Below, one piece after another: positions 60,354 through 64,000 of a stretch of DNA of 64,000 nucleotides (its first letter is position 1; each line of letters opens with the position of its first letter). The translations under genes were made by a program, and so were the position numbers. The stretch lies in NCBI GenBank assembly GCA_964057225.1, contig OZ059899.1:11098001-11162000 (forward strand). The letters run 5' to 3'. Origin of the DNA: Auanema rhodensis. Its lineage: Eukaryota; Animalia; Nematoda. The notes under the pieces are model-generated. The model saw nothing but the letters and a program-made list of their open reading frames with translations. It did not search any database and had not been told where the DNA came from.

Positions 60354-63300
60354 TCAAGAAATTGTGATAACCGGAATAGATGTTGTCCGTTGGTAAGGTT
60401 TGACGAAGTCCTTGTGTACTCTTCTGCTTTTTCCTTTATCTGTTTGAACCACGACGAAAGATCTTTGAACTGCTGTAACTAAATAAGGCCCTTCGAATGA
60501 AGGTGTTAGTTTGTTTCGAGTAGAATTCACTTTTATCATAACTAAGTCATTAACCTGAATTTCTTTATTTTGTGTTCTATTTCGTGTATTGTACCGTTGT
60601 TCATTCTTCTTTGTGCATGTTTCAATTCTATCTTTTACTATATTAGATGTGCTTTCATTTTGTATTAGCGATCTATTGACAAAATCTTCTGTAGGATTGG
60701 CTGGTTCTTCAGTTTGAAGATTATTCCCAGGCAATTGATGGTCAATAGGAAGTCTTGCATCCCGACCAAATAATACAACATATGGACTAATAGATGTTGA
60801 TGAGTTTGGTAACGTATTGATCGCAAACATAACTTTGGGTAGGTGTATATCCCAGTTAGTTTGTTGTTCATTCACGAATGAAGAGAGAGCTTCTTCCAAA
60901 GTTCTATGAAGTCTCTCAACTTGTCCATTAGCATTTTTATGATATGGTAGCGTAGTAGTGTGTTTAATTCCAAATTGTTTACACATAGCTTGAAATTCAG
61001 ATGACAAAAAGCTACTACCATTATCGGTTATCATACTCATTGGTGGTCCATATATGAAAACAAATCTAATTACAAACGCTTTTGTGATTTCAGTAGCCGT
61101 TTGTGTTATTAATGGGCAAGTTGTTCCCCATTTACTAAAAGCATCTTGAATACTCAAGATGTATCGATGTCCATCATTAGTGCGAGGTAAAGGACCTAGT
61201 ATATCTACATGAATACGATCAAATGGCTTTTCGGGTATAACAAATCTTCCCATAGGTTGAATATACGATTGGTGTGGGTTAGATTTCCTACTTGCACATT
61301 TTGTACAACGATTAATAAATTCAGTTATTTGTGGAACCATATTAGTCCAAAAGAATCGTCGTCGAATCGCATCAGTAGTTTTATTTATACCTAGGTGTGC
61401 ACCAATTTTGGAATCTTCGTGAAAAAATTTGATGACAACATCAGTTATTTTGTCGTTTCGAGGCAAAATAATAGATGGTTTTAAATAATTTTTCGCTTGT
61501 TTTGCATGTAATATGCCTTCTCGTTCTTCATACCGGTCTGATATATTAGCCGGACAGTTATCATTATTAATTTGAGAAAGTGCTTCGCGAATCCAGGGAA
61601 CTCCAGCTTGAACTTTCCGTATTTCTTCACAATTTAGTTGGTCAATAGAAGAAATAGTTGTAATATGAGCAATAAAAGCATCAACAGGTTTTACTTCGTC
61701 CTTTGGTTTAGTAGGACGACTGTCATTTGCTTCGTTTCCTATATACCTGGAGAGAGCATCACAGACACTGTTTAATTTGCCAGGACGATATTCAATCTTT
61801 ATGTTGAAATCTTGTATCATTAGTTGATACTTGGCTAATCTACCTATGAGATCTTTACGCGACATTAAACTGGTTAATGGTCGGTGATCTGTGATAACTG
61901 TGGTAGGTACTCCTAATACATAGGTACGGAATTGTTGAAGAGCAAAGACTAAACCGAGTGCTTCAACTTCAATAGGAGGATATTTCCGTTCCGCTGGAGT
62001 CAACTTTCTACTAGCGAACGCAATCGGGTGTAATGGAGAATTTTTCTCTGCTGATTGCAATAAAACTGCTCCCACAGCGATCATACTGCCATCACTTTCT
62101 ATAACAAAAGGTTGGTCTGCTTTAGGAGGTTTCAGTACAGGGGCAGTACACAGTAATGTTTTTAAAGTTTTAAATGCGTCTGCATGTTCCGATTTCCACT
62201 CAAAAGGAGTATCCTTATGTGTTAACTTATACAATGGCTCCGCTATTTCGGCATAATTTTGAATAAACCGTCGAAAATAGTTAGTCATACCTAGAAAGGA
62301 TCTAACAGCCGTAACTGTACTTAACTTTGGAAATTCGGAAACAGCCTCTATCTTAGCAGGATCTGGTTTAACACCATTTCTACCTATTACAAAACCCAAA
62401 AACTTTACTTCAGTGGCTGCAAAGCAGCATTTAGATAACTTAATTTTTAACCCTAGTTCAGTGACCTTTTTCAGCACTTCTTGTATATCTCTTAAATGTT
62501 CTTCAGCTGAGTTCGAAATTATTAGCAAATCATCTAGATATACAAACAGTTTGCATCTAACAAGAGATTGCAAGTATCGTACTGCGGATTGAAAAGTGTG
62601 TGGCGCTCCACACAATCCCATAGGCATTCGGCAATACTGATAGGTACCTGATGGAGTGGTAAAAGCAGTTAGGTATCTATCTGAGCGTTTCAACGGTATT
62701 TGGAAGAAACCAGAAATGAGATCAAAATTCGAAAAGAACTGAGCTCCAGCCGCTAAGTCGATGATATCAGGAATGTGTGGGATGCTGTATGTTTGTTTCT
62801 TAGTAACACTATTCAATGCTCTAAAGTCAGTAACGAACCGGAAAGAATTATCTTTCTTTTTCACAAGAACAACCGGACTAGTGAAAGTAGCCGTCGAATT
62901 TTCGATTATACCTTGCGACAACATTTCTTTCACTTGCCGTTCTACTTCTTCTTGCTTACCCAATGGTACTCTGTAAGATCTACTTTTTGGAAAATCCATA
63001 TCAGATCTTATAGGAATGGCATGTTCAACTGGTCCGCAAAAGAGACCAATATTATGATCATGGTTGAAAAATGCCGTTTGGTTTTCCTTAATGATTGTGA
63101 TCAGATTTTTCTTCATTTTATGGGACAGAGTGCAAGAATTGAAGTTCAAATCATCCAAAAGATGCTGAGGAAAAGTTGGTAACTTATCTTCCCAATCAGC
63201 TTCAGGTGGAACATAATCGTACATAATTTCTTTAGATGCTATAAGTCCTGAACCAATGTGGTCATTTTTATTAATTTTAATTGGCTTTGAAGAATTGTTT

Positions 63301-63977
63301 GATACTACCATAGTAATAGGAAAAGGTCCTATGGCGGCATCTGGAATTGAGATAGGACCTGTGCTAGATTTTAAAAGAGCATATTGATCAAAATCTAATT
63401 CTGGTCCTGTTTGCAAAGATATATGGGAGGTACTGTGTGGTGGAACTGTTACTGTGGACAAACTTATGATATTTACTGTTTTAGTTGTGGTTTTATATGC
63501 AAAACGACCAGGTTTTACCAAAGGTGTTTCCATATTACCAACAATCAACTTGCCTTTACATAGTTTTAATGTAGTAAATATCTCTCTTTCTTCCAACGTA
63601 CGCATAAAATCAGTACCAAGTAACATTTGTCCTGGACAGTCATTGTCTTCAGATATTAAAAATTCGTGTTCCACTTGGTAACCTGCTATACCCACATCTA
63701 ACTTGCATTTTCCCACAAAGCGAAACTCTGATCCATTTGCAGTGGATGCAGATTTAGAATATTTTGTAAAATATTGTCTTCCAATATATGCCAATGTGGA
63801 GAACGGAATATATGAGACCGTAGCTCCAGAATCCCATAATGCTAACAGTCCTCTACCTTCAATGTCAATATGAACAAACGGTAACATGTGTCCATTTTTC
63901 TTTGTTGTTGTGTGACATACAAAAGGTATGGCTAAAGGAATGTAAGTTATGATGGTGGGAAAATAGCTCCGCATCAA
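60354..63977 (-). CDS. pol: Gypsy Pol polyprotein (protease, RT, RNase H, integrase)
   Basis: WDSGA, YLDD, IESDGS..TDHRPL, H..H..C..C, HVD / ITDNG / QVERL, GPY. Confidence 0.95.
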   Translation of the reverse strand: MMRSYFPTIITYIPLAIPFVCHTTTKKNGHMLPFVHIDIEGRGLLALWDSGATVSYIPFSTLAYIGRQYFTKYSKSASTANGSEFRFVGKCKLDVGIAGYQVEHEFLISEDNDCPGQMLLGTDFMRTLEEREIFTTLKLCKGKLIVGNMETPLVKPGRFAYKTTTKTVNIISLSTVTVPPHSTSHISLQTGPELDFDQYALLKSSTGPISIPDAAIGPFPITMVVSNNSSKPIKINKNDHIGSGLIASKEIMYDYVPPEADWEDKLPTFPQHLLDDLNFNSCTLSHKMKKNLITIIKENQTAFFNHDHNIGLFCGPVEHAIPIRSDMDFPKSRSYRVPLGKQEEVERQVKEMLSQGIIENSTATFTSPVVLVKKKDNSFRFVTDFRALNSVTKKQTYSIPHIPDIIDLAAGAQFFSNFDLISGFFQIPLKRSDRYLTAFTTPSGTYQYCRMPMGLCGAPHTFQSAVRYLQSLVRCKLFVYLDDLLIISNSAEEHLRDIQEVLKKVTELGLKIKLSKCCFAATEVKFLGFVIGRNGVKPDPAKIEAVSEFPKLSTVTAVRSFLGMTNYFRRFIQNYAEIAEPLYKLTHKDTPFEWKSEHADAFKTLKTLLCTAPVLKPPKADQPFVIESDGSMIAVGAVLLQSAEKNSPLHPIAFASRKLTPAERKYPPIEVEALGLVFALQQFRTYVLGVPTTVITDHRPLTSLMSRKDLIGRLAKYQLMIQDFNIKIEYRPGKLNSVCDALSRYIGNEANDSRPTKPKDEVKPVDAFIAHITTISSIDQLNCEEIRKVQAGVPWIREALSQINNDNCPANISDRYEEREGILHAKQAKNYLKPSIILPRNDKITDVVIKFFHEDSKIGAHLGINKTTDAIRRRFFWTNMVPQITEFINRCTKCASRKSNPHQSYIQPMGRFVIPEKPFDRIHVDILGPLPRTNDGHRYILSIQDAFSKWGTTCPLITQTATEITKAFVIRFVFIYGPPMSMITDNGSSFLSSEFQAMCKQFGIKHTTTLPYHKNANGQVERLHRTLEEALSSFVNEQQTNWDIHLPKVMFAINTLPNSSTSISPYVVLFGRDARLPIDHQLPGNNLQTEEPANPTEDFVNRSLIQNESTSNIVKDRIETCTKKNEQRYNTRNRTQNKEIQVNDLVMIKVNSTRNKLTPSFEGPYLVTAVQRSFVVVQTDKGKSRRVHKDFVKPYQRTTSIPVITIS

Positions 63978-64000
63978 TTCATCACTAACTGTTTCATGAA

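Larger units (their letters stand above)
60149..64000 (-). mobile_element. Ty3/Gypsy LTR retrotransposon, family C (5' part outside window)
   Basis: Intact pol with PR-RT-RH-IN order, followed by PPT and LTR. Confidence 0.92.

Overview
Eukaryotic, AT-rich DNA, very probably a rhabditid nematode (40-55 nt GT..TTTAG/TTTCAG introns; nematode-type tRNA-Ile). It has three parts. (1) 1-10211 is the right arm of a Maverick/Polinton: intron-split pPolB C-terminus, major and minor capsid proteins, adenain-type protease, pVI-like protein, C2H2 finger, packaging ATPase, chromodomain integrase, a spliced D-box gene and a ...CTCTCTACT terminus. (2) 10211-60235 is a ~50 kb tandem array of 64 minus-strand tRNA-Ile(AAT) genes in 667-bp and 409-411-bp units. 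The array carries copies of a TG..CA solo LTR (family A). Nested in that LTR is an unusual Gypsy-like element (family B) with CG..CG LTR termini, gag and integrase but no protease/RT/RNase H, an antisense spliced gene, and a copy of its own flank where the PBS should be. (3) 60149-64000 is an intact Ty3/Gypsy pol (family C) with an apparent 93-bp 3' LTR. Both array edges fall on the same 7-mer, TAGTATC: one at the Maverick terminus, one inside the family C LTR. Every long unit carries 87 bp of that LTR. This suggests the array arose by amplification of one tRNA gene trapped between two mobile elements. All calls come from reading the sequence by eye; no searches were run.
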